64,000 nucleotides of DNA, from contig CAYOTK010000001.1 of NCBI GenBank assembly GCA_964406895.1, positions 90,697 to 154,696 on the forward strand, read 5' to 3'. The notes below the pieces were generated by a model. That model was given only the letters and a program-made list of their open reading frames with translations, was not told the DNA's origin and searched no databases. The first letter of the stretch is position 1. Each line of letters starts with the position of its first letter. The DNA comes from an uncultured Candidatus Saccharibacteria bacterium (lineage in GTDB: Bacteria; Patescibacteriota; Minisyncoccia; Phycocordibacterales; PALSA-1337). Below, one piece after another: positions 1 to 8,279 of the stretch. The translations under genes were made by a program, and so were the position numbers.

Positions 1-730
1 TCTGAGATATCCAGCCACGGGCATTTTCTCGTTCAATGATGATTGTCTGTATGTCTTGTCTGGGTAATATCGAGAATGAACTCGTGCACACAATGACAAC
101 AGGATGTTCGGTGGTTGATATTTTATTCCAAGTATCTATTATCTTTTTTTTCGTCAGTTCGGTGTTAAGCAGGAAAATATAGCCTTCTATGCCTTTTTCG
201 AGCGCTTCATAAATATTTCTTGAATCTTCGATGGTTGGTAAATATATTGCCACGGAATTCTTCTTGGCGAATTCTTGTCGAATCAAACTTTTCCATGTAC
301 TCAATCGGTCAGAGTCATCACCTTGCACTGCATATGTTTCGGAAGTATTGATATTCGATGGGGTCTTTTTTGTTTCAGTAATATTTATTTTGCTAATATT
401 TTCTAGCAAACTATCTGTTACCAATGAATTTATGATAGAGCCGATGTTCGTAGCATAATATTCAGCCAAATATTTACATGATTCCATGAATGAATTGCTG
501 AAGAAATTCGTTCCTTTTATTTTACTCAATTTTCGTATTTCAAACGGTGCATTCCTGATTTCCGATCGTGCCTCTTCCGCAGGTCTAACTTCACTCACTA
601 TTGCATGAATATTTTTTGACCTTACTGGCACTGATACTATTGAGCCTATTTCTATATCAGAGGTTGTGAAATACGAAAGGGTTGGAGACATTTTCGCTCT
701 CGAAATTGGTATGACGGTAATGAGATTCAT
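1..730 (-). CDS. priA: Primosomal protein N' (PriA)-like, N-terminal ~243 aa; the gene continues past the window start. Helicase motif I (GxGKT) is replaced by GDDSDR and motif II (DEEH) by EREN.
   Basis: Manual translation of the reverse strand gives an uninterrupted frame from the ATG at 728-730 to position 1. N-terminal 3'-DNA-binding-like region (VSVPVRSKNIHAIV, AEYYATNIGSIINSLV) aligns with PriA. This ORF is missing from the supplied track because it runs off the window edge. Confidence 0.55.
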   Translation of the reverse strand, partial: MNLITVIPISRAKMSPTLSYFTTSDIEIGSIVSVPVRSKNIHAIVSEVRPAEEARSEIRNAPFEIRKLSKIKGTNFFSNSFMESCKYLAEYYATNIGSIINSLVTDSLLENISKINITETKKTPSNINTSETYAVQGDDSDRLSTWKSLIRQEFAKKNSVAIYLPTIEDSRNIYEALEKGIEGYIFLLNTELTKKKIIDTWNKISTTEHPVVIVCTSSFSILPRQDIQTIIIERENARGWISQ

Positions 731-825
731 GCTCTAGTTATAACGTATTTAAACCATAAGTGGTAGTAGTTAAAGTATGTTGATCGTTGTGAATTGTTCA
801 TCAAAAAGTTCAGTATAAAAAGACG

Positions 826-852
826 CTGGCGCAACGGGTTGGACGTTGCGCC
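826..852 (-). terminator. Rho-independent terminator for the small minus-strand gene: GGCGCAACG-loop-CGTTGCGCC followed by a T-run on the minus strand.
   Basis: Perfect 9-bp GC-rich stem with TCTTTTTAT immediately downstream on the minus strand. Confidence 0.7.
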
Positions 853-1056
853 TTATTTGTCGGCGATCCAGGGGGCAGACTCGACCTTGACGCACAGAAA
901 GTCGAATTCGCAACCTCCGTGCTTTTCTCGAATGCGCTCGAAGTGAAGTCTACAGTTACTAAATTCACCCCTAAAGTACAATATCGTCTGATCGGCGTCA
1001 TTGTCCCGATTTCGTAGGTCGACGCTCGTCAACCCGAGACAGATTTTGCATTCCAT
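853..1056 (-). CDS. Small Cys-containing hypothetical protein (67 aa).
   Basis: ORF preceded by a consensus RBS (AAAGGAGGTGAGAAACCAAC-ATG) and followed by a terminator hairpin. Cys residues at positions 3, 6, 35, 48 and 55. Confidence 0.55.
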   Translation of the reverse strand: MECKICLGLTSVDLRNRDNDADQTILYFRGEFSNCRLHFERIREKHGGCEFDFLCVKVESAPWIADK

Positions 1057-1151
1057 GTTGGTTTCTCACCTCCTTTCAAGATTACTTTATTACTTTTCTA
1101 GTAAAAGTCAATATGGTTTTAATTTTATTTTTGCTGAGTATTAATTTTCAT

Positions 1152-1319
1152 CCGCACTCGCGATACGGGCAAATTGTATGAATTCGAACTCCACTCATCA
1201 TGTACGGGAATTTTCACAAAAGCCGGCTTCCACGGCTTCAGCCGGCATTTGGAAAATTCTACCGTACATTCTTCGTGGATTATTCGAATTCATACAATTT
1301 GCCCGTATCGCGAGTGCGG
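1152..1319. repeat. Long palindromic element, copy 1. Perfect 37-bp inverted-repeat arms enclose a ~95-nt core that is itself hairpin-rich.
   Basis: Arms ccgcactcgcgatacgggcaaattgtatgaattcgaa and its exact reverse complement. The core ctccactcat[c/t]atgtacgggaattttcacaaaagccggcttcca[c/a]ggcttcagccggcatttggaaaattc[t/a]accgtacattcttcgtggattat is shared with copy 2 at 15945-16133. Confidence 0.8.
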
Positions 1320-1385
1320 TCACGCAACAATCGTCACGTATCAATCAATTTGTTAAAAAGATAGAAAACTATTACAATGTTTTGA

Positions 1386-2714
1386 ATGAAGTCAAACGAA
1401 GCGTTCATAATTCAAGGCCTAGGGGGTAAGAAAACCCTGAAAGGGAAAGTGTCTATAAATGGTGCAAAAAATGCTGTGCTCAAAGCCATGTCAGCCTCGG
1501 TCTTATTCAATGGACCAATAGTGCTCGAAAATGTGCCGAACACAGAAGATGTTAAGACGATGCAGAAAATTCTCGAAAAACTGGGGGCAAAAATTTCTTG
1601 GTTGGAGAATTCTGATGCAGGTGGAAGATTGCAAATAGACGCAAGTCAAATACACACAACAGACATAGATGCGGAAATGGCTCAGAGTATGAGAGCTTCG
1701 GTTGTGCTCACGGGTCCAATATTATCGAGATTCGGAAAAGTCAGTTTCCCAGCGCCTGGAGGTTGTGTCATAGGCTCAAGGCCGATTGACTTATTCGTCA
1801 AAGCATATGAGAAGATGGGTGCCAAAACTGTTGTTGGAAAGGATTCGTATAATATAGAGACAAATAATAAAGAAAGTCTGAAAGGCGAGACCATATTTTT
1901 CGATATTCAAACTGTAGGCGGTACCGAGACATTAATGATGGCTGCGGTATTGGCGAATGGAAAAACAATACTCAAGAATTGTGCAATGGAACCAGAAATA
2001 GTCAGCGTTGCGGAATGGTTGAATAGTTGTGGCGCGAATATTGTCGGAGCCGGTACAACAACGATTGAGATAAATGGTACATCCGGGAAACTTCTTAGTG
2101 CAAAGCATATATATAAAACAATTCCTGATCGCATAGAGGCGGGCAGTTTCATAATTCTCGGTGCTGTTTGTGGAGAAGATATATATATAGAGAGGTGTGA
2201 ACCCAAACACATGGAGGCGCTCGTGAACTTGCTCAAAGATTCGGGTGTGAATATTGAGATCGGCAAGGACTATGTAAGAGTGCAAAATAATAAAGACAGC
2301 AATTCATTCAAGGCCTTTAATGTCCGTACTCATGAATATCCTGGATTTCCGACTGATCTGCAGGCTCAGATTGTTACCATGCTTACTCAAGCACAGGGAG
2401 AAAGCATAGTATTCGAAACAATATTTGAGGGAAGATTCAAATATACAGAAGACTTACAGAAAATGGGTGCAAATATTACGGTTATGAATCCGAGAGAAGT
2501 AATCATAAAAGGTAAAACTGATTTGAAATTGGTTCATGAAAATGAGGAGTTGCGAGCACATGATATAAGAGCTGGATTCGCTATAGTGGTGGCCGCGCTT
2601 TTGTCTAAAGGTCAATCGAAAATCACAAACATTCATCTTATAGATAGAGGCTATGAAAATCTCGAAAATCGTCTCACAAATATTGGAGCAGAAATAAAGC
2701 GGATATCCTCTTGA
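1386..2714 (+). CDS. murA: UDP-N-acetylglucosamine 1-carboxyvinyltransferase.
   Basis: 442 aa. N-terminus (IQGLGGKKTLKGKVSINGAKNAVL), active-site region (GGCVIGSRPIDLFV) and overall EPT-fold similarity to MurA. Confidence 0.9.
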   Translation: MKSNEAFIIQGLGGKKTLKGKVSINGAKNAVLKAMSASVLFNGPIVLENVPNTEDVKTMQKILEKLGAKISWLENSDAGGRLQIDASQIHTTDIDAEMAQSMRASVVLTGPILSRFGKVSFPAPGGCVIGSRPIDLFVKAYEKMGAKTVVGKDSYNIETNNKESLKGETIFFDIQTVGGTETLMMAAVLANGKTILKNCAMEPEIVSVAEWLNSCGANIVGAGTTTIEINGTSGKLLSAKHIYKTIPDRIEAGSFIILGAVCGEDIYIERCEPKHMEALVNLLKDSGVNIEIGKDYVRVQNNKDSNSFKAFNVRTHEYPGFPTDLQAQIVTMLTQAQGESIVFETIFEGRFKYTEDLQKMGANITVMNPREVIIKGKTDLKLVHENEELRAHDIRAGFAIVVAALLSKGQSKITNIHLIDRGYENLENRLTNIGAEIKRISS

Positions 2715-2745
2715 CATATAAATATATATCTATATACTGGAGGAT
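2711..2745 (+). promoter_or_regulatory. Candidate rRNA promoter. TTGACA overlaps the murA TGA stop, followed by an AT-rich spacer and a TATACT -10-like box.
   Basis: The sequence cTTGACAtataaatatatatcTATACTgg sits ~240 nt upstream of the 23S 5' end. The spacer length is ambiguous (14-17 nt depending on which -10 hexamer is taken). Confidence 0.4.
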
Positions 2746-3125
2746 ACTTCAGAATGAATACAAAAAACAAACCAAATATTCGGCCATAGCGCTTAACCTG
2801 TTTGGTTATCGTTAGAGCCGCCAAGAAGCGGTTTTGTTTTATTCAGAAAGAAAGCAATTTGAAAACCACATACCGAGAAATAAAATGTAGGTAGTTCATG
2901 TACCATATTTGCCTTGGTCGGCCGATATGAGAATGCATGAACACAAGTAAGTAAGCGGTGTACAGATTTCCTAATGGGAAATCAAGGGCGTATGGTGGAT
3001 GCCTTGGCTAGAAAAAGCGATGAAGGACGTGGCGTGGCGACGATACGCTTCGGGGAGGTGCCGAGCAACCTTTGATCCGAAGATGTCCGAATGGGGAAAC
3101 CCGATTATGTAAAACATAATTACTG

Positions 3126-3263
3126 TGTCTCGTTAGTGTTTATTATAAGCGCAAAGCTCAAAGCTCAAAGGGCAAAACTCAAAAGTAAAGGCAAAAGCTA
3201 AAAACTTTTAACCTTAAGCTTTGAATTTGAACCTTTAACCTTTTAATAAATAGTAACGAGACA
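3126..3263 (+). other. IVS-like expansion in the 23S gene at the helix-9 position. A hairpin (stem tgtctcgttag / ctaacgagaca) encloses low-complexity gcaaagctcaaag repeats.
   Basis: About 100 extra nt relative to E. coli between GGGAAACCC and GGGAACUGAAACAUC. Flanked by an 11-bp inverted repeat. Confidence 0.6.
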
Positions 3264-3591
3264 CGGAGCGTACGTTGGGAAGTAAAACATTTCAGTACCA
3301 ACAGGAATAAAAACAAAAATGCATTCCGTTAGTAGCGGCGAGCGAAAGCGGAGGAGACTAAACTTAACGTCGCAAGACGTTGAGGGTTGCAAGGCAGAGA
3401 CGTGCTATTTATAGCAGAGAAGTTACAAAATCTTTTGTTAGCAGAATGAGCTGGAAAGCTCGACCCTAGAGGGTGATAGTCCCGTAAGTTAAAACAAAAG
3501 ATCTTCTTGGTTTCTGTTCTTAAGTACCCCAGGACACGAATAGCTTGGGGGAATCTGCCGGAACTAACCGGCAAGTCTAAATATTTTTCTA

Positions 3592-3631
<40 letters not shown>

Positions 3632-4437
3632 CAGCCCGGAAGGGCGGTGAAATAGATCTGAAACCATATGCCTACAAGGAGTCAGCGCCGTTGCACCTCA
3701 TTGCATTTGCTATAGTGAAATAATCAATAACCAAGATCCAATAATCAAACTCTTATCGAGTTTTGTTTGTTGATTATTGGTGTTTGATTATTTCATGGTA
3801 TCGAATGTAACGAGGTGTAACGGTCATGGCGTGCCTATTGAAGAATGAGCCAACGAGTTTTAGCAAGCAGCTCGGCTAAGTCCGCGAGGACGGAGTCACA
3901 GGGAAACCGAGTCTGAATAGGGCGTTTGTTGTTTGCTAAAGACCCGAAGCCAGATGAGCTTGCCACGCGCAGGGTGAAGTTCGCCGAAAGGCGGATGGAG
4001 GCCCGAACCGGTTAGCCGTGCAAAACTATCGGATGACGTGTGGTAAGGAGTGATAAGCTAATCGAATCTGGTAATAGCTGGTTCTCTCCGAAAAAACTTT
4101 TGGGTTTGCGTCAGAATTACCTTCGTGGGGTAGAGCACTGGAAGGTCTCGACAGGTCGAAAGATCACGAGACCTATCAAACTCCGAATACACGAAGTAAC
4201 TATCTGGCAGTTAGACTGTGGGGGCTAAGCTCCATTGGTCAAAAGGGAAACAGCCCGGATCTCAATTTAAGGTCCCTAAATCGACGTTCAGTGCGCTTAA
4301 GGTAGTGAAAATTCTACGACAATGAGGATGTAGGCTTAGAAGCAGCCATCATTCGAAGATAGCGTAACAGCTCACTCATCGAGAAATTTCGCGCCGCAGA
4401 TAATCGGGGCTAAAATGTCGTACCGAAACTGAGGACT

Positions 4438-4683
4438 TGTAAACTACATTGAGGAAAATTTTGTTCTTTAGGTACCAGAGTAGTTCAATGGCAGAACAGC
4501 TGATTTGGTTGCGCATTGCGACCGTTTTAAGTCAGTATGTTGAAGGTTCGATTCCTTCCTCTGGTGCCAAGTAGATTTCGGTGCTCGGGTAGCACATCTC
4601 GCCAATAAAGCGAGACGGGTTAAAACCCCGCCGGGCATCAATTTCGGGGGGAACTTCGGTTCCCCTCCTCAATGTAGTTTACA
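4438..4683 (+). other. IVS in the 23S gene at the helix-45 position (E. coli ~1170). A perfect 17-bp flanking stem (tgtaaactacattgagg / cctcaatgtagtttaca) encloses a tRNA-like module.
   Basis: 23S homology stops at 4437 and resumes at 4684. The insertion is bounded by a perfect inverted repeat, as in RNase III-processed IVSs. Confidence 0.7.
4474..4569 (+). ncRNA. tRNA-like element inside the helix-45 IVS. Features: 7-bp acceptor stem (ACCAGAG/CTCTGGT), D-arm (GTTC AATGGCA GAAC), canonical T-arm (GAAGG TTCGATT CCTTC), discriminator G and an encoded CCA. The anticodon region is expanded by ~21 nt (loop-like TTTGGTT, i.e. a UGG-like anticodon, then a 21-nt insert).
   Basis: Folded by hand from the sequence. 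The GGTTCGATTCC T-loop and a 3' CCA adjacent to a complementary acceptor strand are both present. Confidence 0.5.
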
Positions 4684-5231
4684 AGTGGTAGGAGAGTATT
4701 TGCATCGCGATGAAGGTGAAGGGGTGACCCACACTGGAGCGTTGCGAAGTAAGAATGTTGGCACAAGTAACCGCAATGCGGGTGAGATACCCGCACGCCG
4801 AAAGATCAAGGTTTCCTTGGCAATGTATATCAGCCAAGGGTTAGTCGGTCCTAAGGGGATGGCGAATGCCGCACCCGATGGATACACGGTTAATATTCCG
4901 TGACTTTCATAAAAATCGATGGAGTGACGAAGTGTAGTATATTGTGCGCATAATTGGATTTGACGTTCATGTCGTAAGGATGAGTCTTGGTAAATCCGGA
5001 CTCTGCTTTTGATAGCATATCCAAGCGAAGTGAAAATTTCGAGCAATCGGGAAATACAATAAAGCACACTTCCAAGAAAAGCTTCTAAGATTATTTTTAT
5101 GAAAACCGTACCGCAAACCGACACAGGTGGTTAGGTCGAGTAGACCTAGGCGAACGAGTGAGAGGTCTCCAAGGAACTCGGCAAAAAAGCAGCCGTAACT
5201 TCGGAATAAGGCTTGCCCTCTGGATATTGGT

Positions 5232-5295
5232 CGTTAGTTTTTGGTTTTTGGTAATCGCATTTGTGATTACTAATAACTAATTACTAATTACTAAT
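5232..5295 (+). repeat. AT-rich hairpin mini-repeat (ttagtaatta family), copy A, in the 23S helix-63 variable region.
   Basis: The sequence cgttagtttttggtttttggtaatcgcatttgtgattactaataactaattactaattactaata is about 57/65 identical to the reverse complement of 6931-7015. Confidence 0.6.
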
Positions 5296-5489
5296 ACCCA
5301 GAGGGCCGCAGCTAAAGTATCTCTGGCAACTGTTTAACAAAAACACAGCTCCCTGCGAACTCGTAAGAGGAAGTATAGGGGGTGACACTTGACCAATGCG
5401 AGAAGGTCAAATAACGGCGGTGCGATTATATCAAGCTGACTGTTATAAGCCCTCGTGAATGTCGGTCGTAACTATAACGATCCTAAGGT

Positions 5490-6263
5490 TCTTGGTTTAT
5501 TCACAAGAATGAATCAAGAAGGACTGGGATCGTTATGAGATTAATTGTTAAATATAGAAAACGTATAAGGAATTAATAATGCTGCCTATCTGCGCAGAAT
5601 AAAATGCAGATGTCCTAATAAATATCTGACTATATGCTGGGAAGTCTGAGTATCTCAGGTCACTATGGTATAATTACACCATAGTAACAATACCATGAGT
5701 GCAGACAATCAGCAGGAAAGATTAAAAATTGAAAATTGGATTCTTGGTTTCACTGATGGTGAAGGATGCTTTTCGGTTAGTTTTATAAGAAATAAAACGA
5801 CGAAAACCGGATGGCAAATTTTTCCAGAGTTTGTGATTACGAAAGGAGCCAAAAGTCTGTCTGCTCTCAAAATTATCAAAAAATATTTTGGGTGTGGAAA
5901 ATTATTCGTAAACAGACGTCATGATAATCATAGGGAAAATCTATATCGTTATTGTGTTAGATCTGTTACTGAATTGGAGAAAGTTATCGTCCCATTCTTT
6001 CTAAGAAATGAACTGAAGACATTTAAAATGAATGATTTTCGATTGTTTTCGAAAATCATACTGATTATGTCTGCTGGCGATCATTTGAATATAGTGGGAA
6101 TGAATAAAATCGCCAAATTAGTAGAAAAAATGAACAGACGAAAAAAATCTCGATTTTTGAAATCCTCAGAAACCAAACGTCAGACCCTGAGCGAAGCGCG
6201 TAGCGCTGAGTCGAAGGGAAAATAGAGTTCGCGCTGCATAGCGATATGCAGATTAACAAAACG
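5490..6263 (+). mobile_element. Intron-like insertion (presumed group I) in the 23S gene at the helix-69 hotspot (E. coli ~1917), carrying a LAGLIDADG endonuclease ORF.
   Basis: 774 nt interrupt CCUAAGGU|AGCGAAAUUCC. Preceded by U and ends in G. Junction placement is ambiguous by 1 nt. The group I core was not confidently identified by eye. Confidence 0.65.
5695..6225 (+). CDS. LAGLIDADG homing endonuclease, single-motif (homodimer type), intron-encoded.
   Basis: 176 aa with motif ILGFTDGEGCFSV near the N-terminus. Lies entirely inside the 23S insertion. Confidence 0.8.
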   Translation: MSADNQQERLKIENWILGFTDGEGCFSVSFIRNKTTKTGWQIFPEFVITKGAKSLSALKIIKKYFGCGKLFVNRRHDNHRENLYRYCVRSVTELEKVIVPFFLRNELKTFKMNDFRLFSKIILIMSAGDHLNIVGMNKIAKLVEKMNRRKKSRFLKSSETKRQTLSEARSAESKGK

Positions 6264-6894
6264 TAGCGCAATTCCTTGCGGGGTAAGTTCCCGCGCGTTG
6301 AAAAGTGTAATGACTGGAGAACTGTCTCGGAGACTTGCTCGGTGAAAATACAATACCGGTGAAGATGCCGGTTACCTGCAGTTAGACGAAAAGACCCTAG
6401 AAGCTTTACTGTAATTTGGTATTGACTATACGTTTTTGATGCGTAGCGTAGACGGTAGGATTTGAAGTGTCCCTTTCGGGGGGCATGGATCCGACGATGA
6501 AACACCGTTCTTTAAGAATGTATATTCTAACCTCGGCGGTATAAACGCCGGGAGACAGTATCTGATGGACAGTTTTAGTGGGGCGCTATCCTCCTAAACA
6601 GTAACGGAGGAGCCTATTAAGTTCAGCTAGGCGCGAATGGAAACCGTGCCGATAGTGTATGGGCACAAGCTGGATTGACTGCGAGACGTACGTGTCGAGC
6701 AGATGCGAAAGCAGAGCCAAGTGATCCGACCTTACGCATTAGATGCGGGGGAAGCTCATCGGACAAAAGCTACTCTAGGGATAACAGGCTAGTTCCGCCT
6801 AAGCGTTCATAGCGACGGCGGAGTTCGGCACCTCGATGTCGGCTCACCACATCCCGGGGGTGGAGAAGCTCCCAAGGGTTTGGCTGTTCGCCAA

Positions 6895-6929
<35 letters not shown>

Positions 6930-6930
6930 A

Positions 6931-7015
6931 TTTAGTTATTAGTGATTAGTAGTTAGTTATTGGTGATCGCAAATATGATTACCTAAAACCAAGAACTAAT
7001 AACCAATAACCAAGT
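6931..7015 (+). repeat. AT-rich hairpin mini-repeat, copy B, inverted relative to copy A, at the 5' edge of the second intron. A partial third copy lies at 7099-7145.
   Basis: Reverse complement about 57/65 identical to 5232-5295. The ttagtaattagt motif recurs at 7099-7145. Confidence 0.55.
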
Positions 7016-7137
7016 AGGGCAGTCTGAATCACTTCGAGAGATAATTTTAGTAGTCTATGAAAAAGTATAGGAAATGAACAATCATATCATGGCGGTCGTT
7101 TTAGTAATTAGTCATTAGTAATTAGTGATTAGTTCTA

Positions 7138-7560
7138 ATGCGAACAAGTCGATTTATATCGGTGGAAATCCCGAAAAGGAAGATACCGAGGGAATTATGT
7201 TCACTTAAATGGAAAAGAAGGAAGCGTATGATAATAAAATGGAAGTTGCTAATAAGCGTGTGTGTAGATGATGATTTTGAAAATTGCTTCAAGGATCTGG
7301 AAGCAGATGATGCAGATCAGGCTTTGGAATTAGCGTTCAAAGAAGTTCAGAAAGTTAACAATAGTCTTAGTGATAACGCAGACATCAACAGTGCTCTTTT
7401 ACTCGGGTTTCCTCAAGATGGAGCTTGGAGAAAGAGGCATGGTGACTTCGTTTTCATTGGACGCTGCAGAGCTCTTCAATCCAAAGAAGCAATCAAACAT
7501 TCATCGGTCAGTGAGTTCTGGAGGCCATACGGTACAGCGGACGGCACCATCGAAGACTGA
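7138..7560 (+). CDS. Intron-internal ORF of unknown type (140 aa). No LAGLIDADG, GIY-YIG, HNH or His-Cys motif seen. Possibly degenerate or novel.
   Basis: Longest ORF inside the second 23S insertion. Acidic/low-complexity middle (DDDFENCFKDLEADDADQALE). Confidence 0.3.
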   Translation: MRTSRFISVEIPKRKIPRELCSLKWKRRKRMIIKWKLLISVCVDDDFENCFKDLEADDADQALELAFKEVQKVNNSLSDNADINSALLLGFPQDGAWRKRHGDFVFIGRCRALQSKEAIKHSSVSEFWRPYGTADGTIED

Positions 7561-8052
7561 CCTCAAGGGAATGGTCTCCATTCCCTCCATTTAAGTGAAC
7601 ATAAGCCCGTAGAGACTAAACATCGACCCCCACTTCGCTCCTTTGGAGCTACGCGGGGAAGCTATAGTCCATTGCATCCTGTAAAGGATGATAACAAGCG
7701 TGAGACAGGTTGGTCTCCTATCTACTGCAGGCGTTGATACTTGAGGGGATTTGATAATAGTACGAGAGGACCTTATTGAACAGACCTCTGGTCTACCTGC
7801 TGTCGTGCCAACGGCACCGCAGGGCAGCTATGTCTGGACCGGATAACCGCTGAAAGCATATAAGCGGGAAGCCGACCCCAAGATTATGTATCGTTGAGAC
7901 CCCTGAGAGATGATCAGGTTGATAGGCGTTAGGTGTACGCACCGTAAGGTGTTGAGCCGTGACGTACTAATCCGTCGATCCTGTTAGGAACTTTGTACAG
8001 CATTATTTACGCACTTTATTTCTCGGTTATGGTTTTGAAAGTTGAATATTTT

Positions 8053-8165
8053 GTTCTGGTGGTTCGGCGCTATGGCAACACCCGTTCTCATTCCGAACAC
8101 GGCAGTGAAACGTAGTTGCGGCGATGATAGTCCTTCGGGGCGAAAGTAGCTTGCCGCCAGAACAA
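8053..8165 (+). rRNA. rrf: 5S rRNA.
   Basis: ttctggtggttcggcgctatggc...ccgaacacggcagtgaaacg...gccgccagaac matches the bacterial 5S consensus. Flanked by a processing stem (gttgaatattttgttctgg / ccagaacaaaatattcaac). Confidence 0.9.
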
Positions 8166-8185
8166 AATATTCAACAAACTAAATA

Positions 8186-8214
8186 AGACACCCGAACGGG
8201 TGTTTTATTTTTTG
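8186..8214 (+). terminator. Rho-independent terminator of the rRNA operon.
   Basis: acacccgaacgggtgt hairpin followed by tttattttttg. Confidence 0.75.
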
Positions 8215-8279
8215 CTGTGAATTGTGTAGGTCTATATAGTGTGAGACAATGTATATAACTTAAAAAGTAATATACATAT

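Larger units (their letters stand above)
6930..7700 (+). mobile_element. Group I intron-like insertion in the 23S gene at the E. coli ~2593 site (the I-CreI-type hotspot).
   Basis: 771 nt interrupt GACCGUCGU|GAGACAGG. The 3' region contains agactaaacatcgaccccc...gctatagtcc, resembling the group I R (cAGACUAAAug) and S (agAUAUAGUCc) core elements of the Tetrahymena intron. Confidence 0.65.

Noticed and set aside
1174-1429. Track ORFs 1174-1356 and 1178-1429 (+), and 15773-16258 (+).
   Set aside because: They are read through the long palindromic repeat element. Their translated sequences are the same in both copies only because the DNA core is shared. There is no RBS, and they are considered artefacts.
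2712-2714. Possible UGA recoding (genetic code 25, as in some CPR lineages).
   Set aside because: murA and several other genes terminate cleanly at TGA with conserved C-termini, so standard code 11 is assumed.
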